Assembly (NCBI GenBank): GCA_965249625.1
Contig: OZ252246.1
Coordinates: forward strand, 2,258,236 to 2,322,235
Reading direction: 5' to 3'
Length of the DNA: 64,000 bases
DNA from: Nitrospinales bacterium
GTDB lineage: Bacteria > Nitrospinota > Nitrospinia > Nitrospinales > VA-1
Made by a program: the position numbers and the translations under genes. The notes beneath the pieces were generated by a model. That model had not been told where the DNA came from, searched no databases, and was given only the letters and a program-made list of their open reading frames with translations. Positions 8,871 to 19,310 of this stretch are shown piece after piece. Each line of letters begins with the position of its first letter. Positions within the stretch are counted from its first letter, which is position 1.

Positions 8871-10673
8871 TTAGGCCCGGCAAAGGATCTTCTCCTCTTC
8901 TTCCGCCGGCGGTTGTTTACCACTCAGCGACTCTTTGCCAAACTTATCGAGATACAGCAGAAAATGTTCGCGTGGCAACGTTCCCCACAATTGCAGGGAC
9001 TTGAACAACTCTTCCGCCATGCTGATGCATTCGCTGTTCATTTCCACGGCCTCATCGCGGGACATCCCCTTTTTAGCAACAAAATCCAGGTTCATGGCAA
9101 TGTTTCTATCCGGGTCTTCGATAATTCGTTCGATGGAAAACTTTTCCGGATACTGGTAGCAACTTGAATCCCGGTTCAGCAGGAACACTCCGGGGCCGAA
9201 TGAATGGATGGAATCAATGTTGTCGCGCAGAAAGTCGATGGTCTCCTGAGCCTCGGGCCGGGTTTCGGTGGGGAACCCGAAAAACAGGAACGAATGGTTC
9301 CAGATACCCGCCTTATGGCTCTTCATCAAAACGTCTCGTTCCACTTCCTTCGTCGTTCCTTTATCGATGAGTGCCAGCACCCGGTCGTTGGCACTTTCCA
9401 ATCCGAACATCAGGAAAACGAATCCGGCCTTTTTCATTTTCGCGAACAACTGATCGTCCATGACCTTTTCAAACTTCAGCAATGCCAGGGAGCGGATTTC
9501 CACCCCGCGTTCGATCATCAATTCCGAAACATCGTTGAGGGCGTGCGGCGAAACCGCTTCATCGGAAAAAGTGAAATACTTCGTGTTGTATTTTTTCATC
9601 AGTGCTTCCAGTTCATCGACCATGGCATGGGTTTTCTGTTTGCCGTAGCGGTGTCCATAAACAAAACTATGCGTGCAGAAGGTGCACTTGCCCCAGTAAC
9701 AACCCCGGCTCTGTAAAACGGGGATGATCGGGTATGGCGACAAATAGCTATGCATCGGCAGGCCGTCGAAGGTCGGACCGGGAATATCTTCAAACCTCAG
9801 TTCCACACGTTCCTTGTTCTGCACCACTTCCCGTCCATCCAGATGAATCAGGTTGGGCACGGTCGATAACGCATCCCCGGCCTTGAGCGCGGTGAGCAAT
9901 CTATGCAGGGGTTCTTCGCCTTCGAAGGTCACGATACTATGGCAAAAATCATCAAAAAATTCCGGATGACCGATCAACTGCCCGGCGTTGACGCTGAATA
10001 TCGGACCACCTAGAGTGATATGTAGATGCGGAAATTTTTCCTTGAGTAACCTGGCTAAAGTTAGCCCGGGAATGATCTGCGAGATGCCGACAATAGAGAT
10101 GCCGACCACGTCATAGTCTGACCAGTTTTCACCGGGAATCAAAATGCTCTCATATAAATGAATGAAGGGATTAGTCTCTTTGTCGCGGCTGGCTTCATGC
10201 GCTCTCTGGGTGGACTCTTCAGCGCGAGTACCGCTTTCAAAAGTCGACAGACTGAAAACCGCCGGAGCGTGCGCGTCGGAAACCAGTTTTAGAGCGGACT
10301 TGATCACCATATCCGCCTGCTGATACGAGGGAAAATCGAAAAACTGTTCTGGAGTTCTGAGAACCGACTTTGCCTCCTTGATGCCGGCAATGATGCGGTC
10401 GGAAAATTTTAACCCCATCGCCAAAACATCCAGATGAGATTTTTCCTTGATCGACAGAGAACTCTGACTTTTGAGCGATTCCAAACGCTGAGCCATCAGG
10501 TTTTCAGCATTTTGCAAAAGGGGTGCCGACAAAAAATGCTCGTAGGACGCTATATTAAAATCTCTTTGTTCCACCTCCCAACCTTTGGCGCGTAAATAGG
10601 CCGTCAGATAGGGCGTGCTCAAATACGGCTGCGTGGGGTACCACTGTGCCGGAAAAATCAACAAGGTTTTCAT
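8871..10673 (-). CDS. B12-binding domain-containing radical SAM protein (paralog 2)
   Basis: MKTLLIFPAQWYPTQPYLSTPYL; RGCYWGKCTFC; 600 aa; same architecture as 6951..8762. Confidence 0.85.
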   Translation of the reverse strand: MKTLLIFPAQWYPTQPYLSTPYLTAYLRAKGWEVEQRDFNIASYEHFLSAPLLQNAENLMAQRLESLKSQSSLSIKEKSHLDVLAMGLKFSDRIIAGIKEAKSVLRTPEQFFDFPSYQQADMVIKSALKLVSDAHAPAVFSLSTFESGTRAEESTQRAHEASRDKETNPFIHLYESILIPGENWSDYDVVGISIVGISQIIPGLTLARLLKEKFPHLHITLGGPIFSVNAGQLIGHPEFFDDFCHSIVTFEGEEPLHRLLTALKAGDALSTVPNLIHLDGREVVQNKERVELRFEDIPGPTFDGLPMHSYLSPYPIIPVLQSRGCYWGKCTFCTHSFVYGHRYGKQKTHAMVDELEALMKKYNTKYFTFSDEAVSPHALNDVSELMIERGVEIRSLALLKFEKVMDDQLFAKMKKAGFVFLMFGLESANDRVLALIDKGTTKEVERDVLMKSHKAGIWNHSFLFFGFPTETRPEAQETIDFLRDNIDSIHSFGPGVFLLNRDSSCYQYPEKFSIERIIEDPDRNIAMNLDFVAKKGMSRDEAVEMNSECISMAEELFKSLQLWGTLPREHFLLYLDKFGKESLSGKQPPAEEEEKILCRA

Positions 10674-10948
10674 GATGGGTTAATGATAGCATTTTTACGA
10701 TCTCAAGCCCAACGAGATAATATTTGACATCAATTTCCTGCAAAGTATAATTGCCTGCTTATACGATACATAAAGCTTTCTGCCCCGCCGACACAGTGAT
10801 CCGGCAGGGTGAAGCCATCCTGAAACCGGGTTTTCCCCCATAGCAAAAAGGGCATTAATTCCAATTCCTCTCATATTATTTTTTGCGGATTATTTGGGGC
10901 GAAAATGGGATTTTCCTGGCGTTTTCCGTCCATAAATGAGGTTTGAAC

Positions 10949-13117
10949 ATGAAAAATCTTAAAGTTTTGATCGCTCTGAATATTTTGTTATGGGTGGCAC
11001 TGTCTGCCATCCCTGTGTTGGCAAAAACGGTCAAAGCCACTGAAACCGAAATTTCACTGGTCGATGGAATCGCCGTCGATAAAAAAGGCAATATTTTTAT
11101 TGCCATGCGCGATAACAACATCATCAACCGTGTAGACACCCAAGGGAACATGACCCCCTTTGCCGGTACCGGCGAGTCCGGGTTTGACGGGGACGGCGGA
11201 AAGGCCACCGACGCAAAGCTGAAAATACCCGCTGGCTTGACCTTCGATAAAAAAGGCAACCTCTACATAGCCGACCGAGACAACCACCGCATTCGAAAAG
11301 TGGACACACGCGGCACCATCACCACGGTCGCGGGTAATGGCACAGCAGGGTTCAGCGGAGATGGCGGAAAAGCCACTGATGCCATGCTCAATCTGCCTTC
11401 TGGAATCGTCATCGATGATAACGGGAATATTTATATTTCCGACCGCTCCAACGACCGGGTCCGCGTTGTCAACAGCAAAGGAATCATCACCACGATCGCA
11501 GGAAATGGCATGGACGGATATAACGGTGATTCAGGCCCAGCCACCCAGGCGCAACTGTCAAGACCGTTCGGGCTGGCCCTGGACAAAAAAGGCAATCTCT
11601 ATATCGCGGATCGCGGAAACAATCGGGTCCGAAAAGTCAATCCTCAGGGAATCATCACAACTGTCGCCGGCGACGGCAGTTTTTTCTACATGGGGGATAA
11701 CGGCCCCGCCTATCGCGCCAGCATCGCAGGACCCACCGGCGTGGTGGTGGATGATAATGGCATCCTCTACATCGCCGACCGAAATAATAACCGGGTCCGC
11801 GCGGTCGACACCCAGGGAATGATCCGAACCGTGGCAGGAACCGGGCAACAGGATTACAACGGTGATTCTGAAGTGGCCCGCGATACCAATTTGTACCTGC
11901 CTTTCGGGGTTGCTCTCGATCAGGATAACAAACTGCTCATTATTGACCGGTCGCATTATCGCATTCGTCGGGTAGACCCTCGTCGCGGCACTGTCATAAC
12001 TGTTGCCGGGAATGGGGCCAAGATGTTTGCCGGAGATGGCGGCCCGGCTACCGGAGCAAATTTGAGTTTTCCCCACGGCATCATTGTAGATAAAAATGAC
12101 AACCTGCTTATTTCCGATAAAGGGAACTACCGCATTCGCCGGGTTTCACCGGACGGAATCGTCCAGACCATCGCCGGGAACGGGATACGGGGAAACATCG
12201 GTGACGGACTGCCAGCCCTGGAAGCTTCCATCTATGGGGCGACATCCCTGAAGCTGAACAATAAGGGAGAAATGTTCATCGTCAGCCCCAGCGGGTTTAC
12301 CAGCATTATTCGTAAAATAGATGAAAAGAATATCATGCGCAAAGTTTTGGGAACGGTAGATAAGGACTATCTAGAATCCATTGCCAAGAGCAAATACAAA
12401 GGCAGGGTCCAAACCGGGGAACTGGCGGTCATCACCACTTTTTCAGATATTGCCTTTGACCATAAAGGCAATATGTTTATTTCTGATCGACTCAACCACC
12501 AAATCCGAAAAGTGTCTGCCCAAGGCGAAATTGCCACCATCGCCGGTACCGGAGAGTCGGCCTATTATGGCGATGGCGGCCCGGCGAGTGAAGCCGCGTT
12601 CCGCGACCCCAGCGCTTTGGCCACCGACAAGGAGGGCAATCTATACATCGCCGATGGTGCCAATAACATGATCCGAAAGATAGACACCAAAGGCATTGTC
12701 AGCACCATAGCTGGCAACGGCAATCACGAAAACTCGGGAGATGGCGGCCCGGCATTAAAAGCGGGAATTCGCAATATGGACTACCTGGCTATGAGTCCGG
12801 CTGGCGAACTGCATATTGTCGGCATGAACTCCAGTACCGTAAGAAAAATCACCAAGGACGGGAAAATCGTGACGGTTGCGGGCGGGGGCTATCAAGGCTA
12901 TTTTGGCGACGGCGGCCCGGCCACCAAAGCCATGCTCAAAAGTCCTTCGGCAATCGCTTTCGATTCAAAAGGTAATTTATATATTTCTGATATGGGAAAC
13001 GACCGCATTCGTAAAGTGGACACTAACGGAACCATCTCCACTTTTGCAGGAACAGGAACCTTCGGCTGGGCTCAGGATGGAGAAACAGTAGAAATTTATC
13101 TACAAAACTTCCCCTAA
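10949..13117 (+). CDS. Secreted NHL-repeat (beta-propeller) protein
   Basis: Signal peptide; more than 10 repeats of the form GNLYIADRxNHRIRKVDxxGxIxTVAGxG...GDGGPA; ATG at 10949 with a GAGG upstream. Confidence 0.85.
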   Translation: MKNLKVLIALNILLWVALSAIPVLAKTVKATETEISLVDGIAVDKKGNIFIAMRDNNIINRVDTQGNMTPFAGTGESGFDGDGGKATDAKLKIPAGLTFDKKGNLYIADRDNHRIRKVDTRGTITTVAGNGTAGFSGDGGKATDAMLNLPSGIVIDDNGNIYISDRSNDRVRVVNSKGIITTIAGNGMDGYNGDSGPATQAQLSRPFGLALDKKGNLYIADRGNNRVRKVNPQGIITTVAGDGSFFYMGDNGPAYRASIAGPTGVVVDDNGILYIADRNNNRVRAVDTQGMIRTVAGTGQQDYNGDSEVARDTNLYLPFGVALDQDNKLLIIDRSHYRIRRVDPRRGTVITVAGNGAKMFAGDGGPATGANLSFPHGIIVDKNDNLLISDKGNYRIRRVSPDGIVQTIAGNGIRGNIGDGLPALEASIYGATSLKLNNKGEMFIVSPSGFTSIIRKIDEKNIMRKVLGTVDKDYLESIAKSKYKGRVQTGELAVITTFSDIAFDHKGNMFISDRLNHQIRKVSAQGEIATIAGTGESAYYGDGGPASEAAFRDPSALATDKEGNLYIADGANNMIRKIDTKGIVSTIAGNGNHENSGDGGPALKAGIRNMDYLAMSPAGELHIVGMNSSTVRKITKDGKIVTVAGGGYQGYFGDGGPATKAMLKSPSAIAFDSKGNLYISDMGNDRIRKVDTNGTISTFAGTGTFGWAQDGETVEIYLQNFP

Positions 13118-13343
13118 ACCTCTGACGAGGTAGGCAATGGGGCGGTAGCACTACCGCGACCGCCAAAAGCGTGGGGCTGTGATATCCCCTCCCATAAATT
13201 CCATGCCCTCGAGGGGTACAACTAGCACGAGCTCCCGAAACCAAGAGAATCGTTGCTAGCGATAAGCCATTATTCATTGCTGGCGGAGGTACTCCGCTGG
13301 AGGCTTAAGAAACTATAGCAATTTATTGTTTGGAGATTTTTAA

Positions 13344-13850
13344 ATGCAAAAATGCAGCATCGTAGCAGGATTAATTTTAATGCTTTCCCTGGTATTCAGC
13401 AGTCAGGCTTTCGCGGCCGAAACCGATGGACTTGCCGACATTCTCAAAAAAATTGACGGGCTCACCTGCACCCAACCCGAAAAGCTTCCGCAGTTTTACG
13501 CTAAAAACCTGGTGATCATGGTGGATGATAAACGTACCTTGCTGGAGAACAGGGTTAAGGACTATCGCCAAATGATGTCTGATTTCAGGGATATGAAATG
13601 CGAAACCCAGCGTCAGGTCCTCAGCGGAACAGTCGGCAAAGATGTCAGCTATGTTTTGGTCGATGAAATTATCAGCATCACCTCCAAATCAACCGATACC
13701 GATGAGAGGCAACACAGCGTCTGCAGTTATATGTTTACCCGGGAAGGCTCACAATGGAAGATATCGCTTGAACATTGCTCTAGTCTGCCTGATTACAGCA
13801 TAAATCCCGGAGACGATGCCCTGTACTATTTCCACAACCCAGTCTACTGA
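13344..13850 (+). CDS. Secreted hypothetical protein, possibly NTF2/SnoaL-like fold
   Basis: Signal peptide MQKCSIVAGLILMLSLVFSSQAFA; C-terminal FTREGSQWKISLEHCS resembles DUF4440/SnoaL-type proteins (weak, from memory). Confidence 0.55.
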   Translation: MQKCSIVAGLILMLSLVFSSQAFAAETDGLADILKKIDGLTCTQPEKLPQFYAKNLVIMVDDKRTLLENRVKDYRQMMSDFRDMKCETQRQVLSGTVGKDVSYVLVDEIISITSKSTDTDERQHSVCSYMFTREGSQWKISLEHCSSLPDYSINPGDDALYYFHNPVY

Positions 13851-13868
13851 CCCGGACCACGCCTGGAG

Positions 13869-13919
13869 GAGACCTTTGCATAACCCCGAGATTACCCCTG
13901 CGGGGCACGAAGTTTCAGG
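13869..13919. mobile_element. Solo terminal fragment of the GAGACCTTTGCATAAC MITE family
   Basis: GAGACCTTTGCATAACCCCGAGATTACCCCTGCGGGGCACGAAGTTTCAGG matches one end of the full copies at 22664 and 31935; no second end is present. Confidence 0.65.
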
Positions 13920-13926
13920 AGCACTC

Positions 13927-14237
13927 ATGAAAAAACCGGCAAAAAAAATCATCGCCCATGTTGACCCGACCTCAGCAACTTGATACCCGGTTATCTGCAA
14001 AACCGCCAGAAAGATATAAAAGCTATTAACAAGGCACTCAAGACCTCTGATTTTGGTAAAATCTGCGTACTGGGCCACTCCATGTGAGGATCCGGAGGCG
14101 GCTATGGTTTCATACCGATCAGCAAAATCGGCGAAACCAGCGAAGAAGCTGCAAGAATAAAAAACCCCGACCAGATTAAAGACGGGCTGACCGAACTTTC
14201 AGACTTTCTTAAACGGGTAACTCTGGTTTATGATTGA
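13927..14237 (+). pseudogene. Histidine phosphotransfer (Hpt) domain gene, disrupted
   Basis: MKKPAKKIIAHVDP in one frame continues as DLSNLIPGYLQNRQKDI...VLGHSM*GSGGGYGF...LKRVTLVYD in another; in-frame TGA (14085-14087) falls where HxxKG has its Lys. Confidence 0.6.
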
Positions 14238-14295
14238 TCCGGTCATGTTGACGACTATTTATAACTTCACGCTCAATTCCCTCACCCATTAGACC

Positions 14296-16596
14296 GTGTT
14301 GAAATTTTTCAAGGGACTCGCAGTTTTTTTTCTGGCCTTTTCAGGGGTCTGTTCCGTTTTCGCCCAGGAAAAGGACTGGACTTTTTGGCAGGAGCGTTTT
14401 CTGCAATCGCTTTCTTCCTCTGAAGCATTTCAGGAGCCGCATGTTAAAGAGGTTCGTGTCACCGCAGCATTGCCGGACTACCCATGGATCAAGGTTTCCG
14501 GATACCGGAACCGGCCGGTGGAACGGTGCATCACCTGCCACGATGGCATCGCCAGTATCAGCCCTTCCCATCCTCCCGAGTTTGGCTGTTCCGTCTGCCA
14601 CGGCGGCGAACCTGAATCGGTGGACAAGAATCAGGCGCACGCGACATTGATTTATGATCCCGAGGCAGGGACCGGGAAGCGCAATCCTTCCAGCCTGAGT
14701 GTGGTGGAACAATCCTGCGGACAATTATATTGCCATGCGGGTCACACAGATGAAGATAGAAACCATGTCGACCGTGTTAAAAAATCCATGATGAACACGA
14801 TGGCGGGTGTGATCTCGGGTTTGAGATACCAATGGGCGGGACAGAGCCGGAAAACCGCACGTTATGGCACCCTTTCCATTGCCGATTCCGATGGGTCCGT
14901 TCCCAAAAATCAGGGCGCTTTGGAAAAACTGGAACGGCTGCCATTCTTTTCTTCCACAACAATTCCCCAACCTGCTTTGAAAAAAGAGATGTCGGTTCCT
15001 GTATCCCGGCACCCGGCAGATCACCTGCTACGAAAAAAATGTTTCCAATGCCATCTCGATTCACCACCTGCCAAAGGCCAGTACCGTTCACAAGGTTGTG
15101 CCGCCTGTCATTTTGAATATTCTTCCAGCGGACTCTACGAGGGCAACGATCCGACGATCTCGCACGCCAAACCGGGCCACGCCCGGTTCCATAAAATCCG
15201 CGCCATTCCCTCACGTGCCACCTGCGTTCAGTGCCATCGGGCATTTGAATTGCAAACCCTGGGCACCAAGCCTCACGAAGAACCGGATGTCTTGGAAGAA
15301 ATCAAAGCGGAAGAAAACACCGCCCCTGTTGACAACTCTGAGGTGGTTGACAATTCAATCAACCCCGCACCATCAACCATCCTCGACCCTAAAAAAATAG
15401 AAGATGCAACGGTCGAAGCACCCGAGGAGGACGACCCCGTTAAAGAATTTTCTTTGTTTACCGGAAAAGGCCAGGTCCTGAAAGATGTGCACACGGCTAA
15501 GGGAATGGACTGCACCGATTGCCATACTCAACTTGATATCATGGGGGATGGGAATCTTTATTCCAAACAACATGAAGCGGTAGAAATTCGCTGCGAGACC
15601 TGTCATGGAGACAGCCTGGCTTATCCCTCCATTTCACAAATCACCGAGCCCGGGGATGCGGCGATTCGGGTCAGCAAATATTATCAAGGCGGTTCAAACA
15701 AGGTGGAGGACTGGATGGCAGTTTCGGCACACAGCCGGAAAATGACCAATGTAAAAGTTCAGGATGGACGTATGGTCGCCATTGGCAAGCAGAGCGGCAA
15801 GGTTCATGAAATTCCTCTGGTGAAGGATTTTCTCGATGCCCACTCCATTCCCCAACACCAGTCCCGTCTGGAATGTTCGGCTTGCCACGCGCGCTGGGTA
15901 GTGCGGTGTCCGGGATGCCATCTGGCCATCACGGGCAGTCGGGCCCAAGTGCCCATGCCCACATCCCATCCTCTGGATATCGGGGAACCCGCGTTGATGA
16001 TCGGGCCTCGGGGCAAGGTGGCCCCCATGCTGACCCAGCCGGAAAGGCACCTGACCGTTCTTGATGAGAGAGAAAATCTGATTCCCGTTCTGGGGCGGAT
16101 GGGAAAGAAACAGGGCCATTATCGGCAGTGGGCTTTTACCAATCCGCATGGCACCTCCGGCTCGAATCTGGCCTATGCGCTGAATCCGCATTCCATACAA
16201 AAACAGGCCCGCTCTTGCACCAGTTGCCATTTGTCTCCTGAAACTTTAGGATTAGGGGAAGGCGATCTCAAGATAGGAAAAAATTCCACTGGGAAAAATG
16301 ATTTTGTCGATCCCCTGAACCGTACGGATAAAGTACTGAAGGCATCACAGTTTGATCCGCAAGCCAAAGTGTCAATGCGGGGAGAACCCCTTGCAGGAAC
16401 CCATCAGCCAAAAGCCCGGGCCTTTAACCAAAAAGAAATAATCCGGATTTTAAGAGTTGGCAATTGCATACCCTGCCACGACCGGTATGATGATCCGGTC
16501 TATCAGGACATCAACCAGAGCTATGCCTTTGCACGTACAATGGACCACCGTCGCTTACGGGAAAAAATATTGAGTTTGAGGCGATCCCCTGAATGA
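14296..16596 (+). CDS. Multihaem c-type cytochrome (11 CxxCH + 1 CxxxxCH)
   Basis: Signal peptide; CITCH, CSVCH, CGQLYCH, CFQCH, CAACH, CVQCH, CTDCH, CETCH, CSACH, CPGCH, CTSCH, CIPCH counted in the translation. Confidence 0.85.
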   Translation: MLKFFKGLAVFFLAFSGVCSVFAQEKDWTFWQERFLQSLSSSEAFQEPHVKEVRVTAALPDYPWIKVSGYRNRPVERCITCHDGIASISPSHPPEFGCSVCHGGEPESVDKNQAHATLIYDPEAGTGKRNPSSLSVVEQSCGQLYCHAGHTDEDRNHVDRVKKSMMNTMAGVISGLRYQWAGQSRKTARYGTLSIADSDGSVPKNQGALEKLERLPFFSSTTIPQPALKKEMSVPVSRHPADHLLRKKCFQCHLDSPPAKGQYRSQGCAACHFEYSSSGLYEGNDPTISHAKPGHARFHKIRAIPSRATCVQCHRAFELQTLGTKPHEEPDVLEEIKAEENTAPVDNSEVVDNSINPAPSTILDPKKIEDATVEAPEEDDPVKEFSLFTGKGQVLKDVHTAKGMDCTDCHTQLDIMGDGNLYSKQHEAVEIRCETCHGDSLAYPSISQITEPGDAAIRVSKYYQGGSNKVEDWMAVSAHSRKMTNVKVQDGRMVAIGKQSGKVHEIPLVKDFLDAHSIPQHQSRLECSACHARWVVRCPGCHLAITGSRAQVPMPTSHPLDIGEPALMIGPRGKVAPMLTQPERHLTVLDERENLIPVLGRMGKKQGHYRQWAFTNPHGTSGSNLAYALNPHSIQKQARSCTSCHLSPETLGLGEGDLKIGKNSTGKNDFVDPLNRTDKVLKASQFDPQAKVSMRGEPLAGTHQPKARAFNQKEIIRILRVGNCIPCHDRYDDPVYQDINQSYAFARTMDHRRLREKILSLRRSPE

Positions 16597-19310
16597 ACCG
16601 CTTCTTTAAAATTTCAACTCTGCTGGTTTTGGCAGGAAGTTTTTGGTCCTTTCCTTTTCTGTCTTCAGGGCAGGATTTGGAAATCAAAAATCCATTCGAG
16701 TTTCCAGGCAGTGATGAATGGGAAAAGCCCCCTCCATCCCCTGCACCTGAGAAAAACCTCTCAGGACTACTCGATCTTTTCATTCAACCTGACGGCGATG
16801 CCCAGCCTGAATCCGAAGAAATTTTTGAACCGGATGTTGGCAGTGGCAGTACGTCCGCTATTGAATCTAAGAGTATGGTTAAGATTCCAAAATCGGTCTC
16901 GAAAAAAGATTTTGACGCCGCTGATTTCAACGATCCTTTTTACCGGGTTCGGGGTTTTCAGGAAAATTCAGAAAAAATTTTGCAACCGGGGACCACTTTG
17001 GATGGAGTCCAGTTTCAGAACTACGGAGAGTCCGGAAAATTCGTTGAGCGGTTTTATCGCGAATCAGGATTCTCTATAGATGCAGTTTTCGGTAAAATTA
17101 AATACTTGGAAAAAAGAGGCGGGTGCTACACCTGCCATCAGGGCATCGAAGAACTCAGCCCTAACCACAAGATGGCCTGCGTTCGGTGCCATGGCGGAAA
17201 CCGCCGGGCCAAGTCCCTGCCAAAAGCCCATAAAGGACTGGTGCCAAATCCCTCTTCCATGGAGAACGCTCCCAGGTTTTGCGGCAAATGCCATGAGAGC
17301 CATGTCAATAAAATCGGCCGCTCGGTGATGGCCACCGCCAAACGCATGATCAATATCACCCGTTTTGGATGGGGCGCACAACCCGCCGATGAACTGCCCT
17401 ATTCCCTGTATCCCGGAGAACAGGAGCAACCCTACCCTCCATCGGGAGCCAGGCACGCGGTAGACGGGTTTCTCAAAACCAAATGCCTGAGATGTCATCT
17501 CGGTGCGCCCGGCCCGCACCGGCCAGGGGATTACCGTGCAACCGGATGCTCGGCCTGCCATATGGTCTACACCAATGACGGCATTTCTCTGTCGCACGAC
17601 CGGGCTATTCAGGCTTTGCAGGAAAAGGAAAAAACACAAAACCGGTTTGAACGAAAATTCGCCGGTAAATCTCTGAGCAATCGCCGGGGCTACCCCCTGC
17701 TTCACAAATTCACCACCGCCATACCCAGCGTCCAATGCGAACATTGCCATAACAATAATGGCGTGGGGCAAGAGTTTGAAGGCTTGTTTGCCATACCTGC
17801 CCGGCCTCAAGCCGCTCCAAAATCCATCAACGATGAACAACCGGTTTTGTACGGAAAGGAACATAAGTTCCTGGTTCCCGATATTCACCGTGAAAAGGGC
17901 ATGCATTGCATCGACTGTCACATCGGCGATGAAATGAAACCGGAAATCGAACCGGAAGGCCTGCGTTCGGCAGTTCAAATACACTGTACTGATTGCCACG
18001 GCACCCGTTCGAAACCACCCGAAGGATTGCTGTTGATTGAATCGGATCCCAGAACCAAACAATTATTAAAGAGTGCTGACTTGAATCCTAACCTGAAAAG
18101 GAAAATCCGCGCGGGAGATACGGTGCTGGTGAATTCCAACTTCTCACCCATGACACACATCAAGCAGGAGAAGGACAAGTGGATTTTGATTTCCAAAGTA
18201 ACGGGAAAGAAACACACTATTCCTCTTCTAAAAGATATTCGACCGCCTATCGCCCATCAGATTCCAAAACATATGGAGGAGGTAGAGTGTTCGGCCTGCC
18301 ATGCCAGATGGTCGGCAGGAGAATGGGGAATGCATCTCATTCGCGAAAACACGTTCGCCCCGGAAAAGTGGAAGGGCTGGAACCTAGCTGACCCGGACCT
18401 GCAGGAGCAACTCTCAACAAATGTATCTGGCCAACCGGGAATGATCAACTGGCTCACTGCAAAATCCCGCCCTGACAATATTGAAGGAGACCGTTTGCAG
18501 GGATACTGGTGGTCCGTGTTTACTGAGACCGGATGGTCGGACCTGATATTGGGGAAAAATGATCGCGGGAAATATTCGATATTAAAACCTCGCTACCAAT
18601 ATTTTATCACCGACCAAACCAGTCCGCTGGGTCTTCTGACCAAACGTGCCGAACCGCCATTGACTCTGGATGGAGGAGCAGGCCTGATCTGGACCACCTA
18701 TTCCCCGCATACGATTCGCAAGACCGTCCGCAGTTGTGAGTCCTGCCATCAAAACGAATTGTCCGCCGGGTTAGGCGACCCCCTACGGCAGAACATTAAA
18801 AACGCAACTTCGTTTTTTGATGAATTGCGATCCAACAACCAGGTTCTGCCGCGGTTCCAACTCAAGCAGGGGGTGACGCAAAACGGGGAACCCCTGCAAA
18901 CGGCTTTTCCCGGCGATGAGATCCGTTTTCTAAACGCGGAAGAAATCTCTGCCTTGCAGGAAACGACAGACCGCTACCGTTCGTTCCGCTTCCTGAGCTT
19001 ACGCGAATTGAGTTTCCCGCGCCTGCTTTCGCGGCAGGAATTCCCCTATGACGCCCGACACCGTGCGCAGGAAAATAGTATGGGTCCACCGCCCTTAAAG
19101 GATGACCTTTATTATAATGTGGAAAAAAACCAGTTTGTGAAAGTCGAACCAAAAATTCCTGCCGCAAAAATCCCGTCAACACTGCAGGAACCTGGAACCT
19201 CGGAACCCGCCCAGCAAAAGAAAATCATAGAGTTTTTATACGATCTCTTCCAGGACGACGAAACACTTGATAATGGGAATGACCAGTCACCCCTTGAACC
19301 TGGACCATGA
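16593..19310 (+). CDS. Multihaem c-type cytochrome (10 CxxCH), paralog of the upstream gene
   Basis: Signal peptide; CYTCH, CVRCH, CGKCH, CLRCH, CSACH, CEHCH, CIDCH, CTDCH, CSACH, CESCH; shares ECSACHARW with 14296..16596; start overlaps the upstream stop (ATGA). Confidence 0.85.
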   Translation: MNRFFKISTLLVLAGSFWSFPFLSSGQDLEIKNPFEFPGSDEWEKPPPSPAPEKNLSGLLDLFIQPDGDAQPESEEIFEPDVGSGSTSAIESKSMVKIPKSVSKKDFDAADFNDPFYRVRGFQENSEKILQPGTTLDGVQFQNYGESGKFVERFYRESGFSIDAVFGKIKYLEKRGGCYTCHQGIEELSPNHKMACVRCHGGNRRAKSLPKAHKGLVPNPSSMENAPRFCGKCHESHVNKIGRSVMATAKRMINITRFGWGAQPADELPYSLYPGEQEQPYPPSGARHAVDGFLKTKCLRCHLGAPGPHRPGDYRATGCSACHMVYTNDGISLSHDRAIQALQEKEKTQNRFERKFAGKSLSNRRGYPLLHKFTTAIPSVQCEHCHNNNGVGQEFEGLFAIPARPQAAPKSINDEQPVLYGKEHKFLVPDIHREKGMHCIDCHIGDEMKPEIEPEGLRSAVQIHCTDCHGTRSKPPEGLLLIESDPRTKQLLKSADLNPNLKRKIRAGDTVLVNSNFSPMTHIKQEKDKWILISKVTGKKHTIPLLKDIRPPIAHQIPKHMEEVECSACHARWSAGEWGMHLIRENTFAPEKWKGWNLADPDLQEQLSTNVSGQPGMINWLTAKSRPDNIEGDRLQGYWWSVFTETGWSDLILGKNDRGKYSILKPRYQYFITDQTSPLGLLTKRAEPPLTLDGGAGLIWTTYSPHTIRKTVRSCESCHQNELSAGLGDPLRQNIKNATSFFDELRSNNQVLPRFQLKQGVTQNGEPLQTAFPGDEIRFLNAEEISALQETTDRYRSFRFLSLRELSFPRLLSRQEFPYDARHRAQENSMGPPPLKDDLYYNVEKNQFVKVEPKIPAAKIPSTLQEPGTSEPAQQKKIIEFLYDLFQDDETLDNGNDQSPLEPGP

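Noticed and set aside
17064-18062. 332-aa ORF on the minus strand inside the second multihaem cytochrome gene
   Set aside because: - It is a shadow ORF opposite a gene supported by a signal peptide and ten CxxCH motifs.
- Its translation is Gly/Ala/Arg-rich with no motifs.
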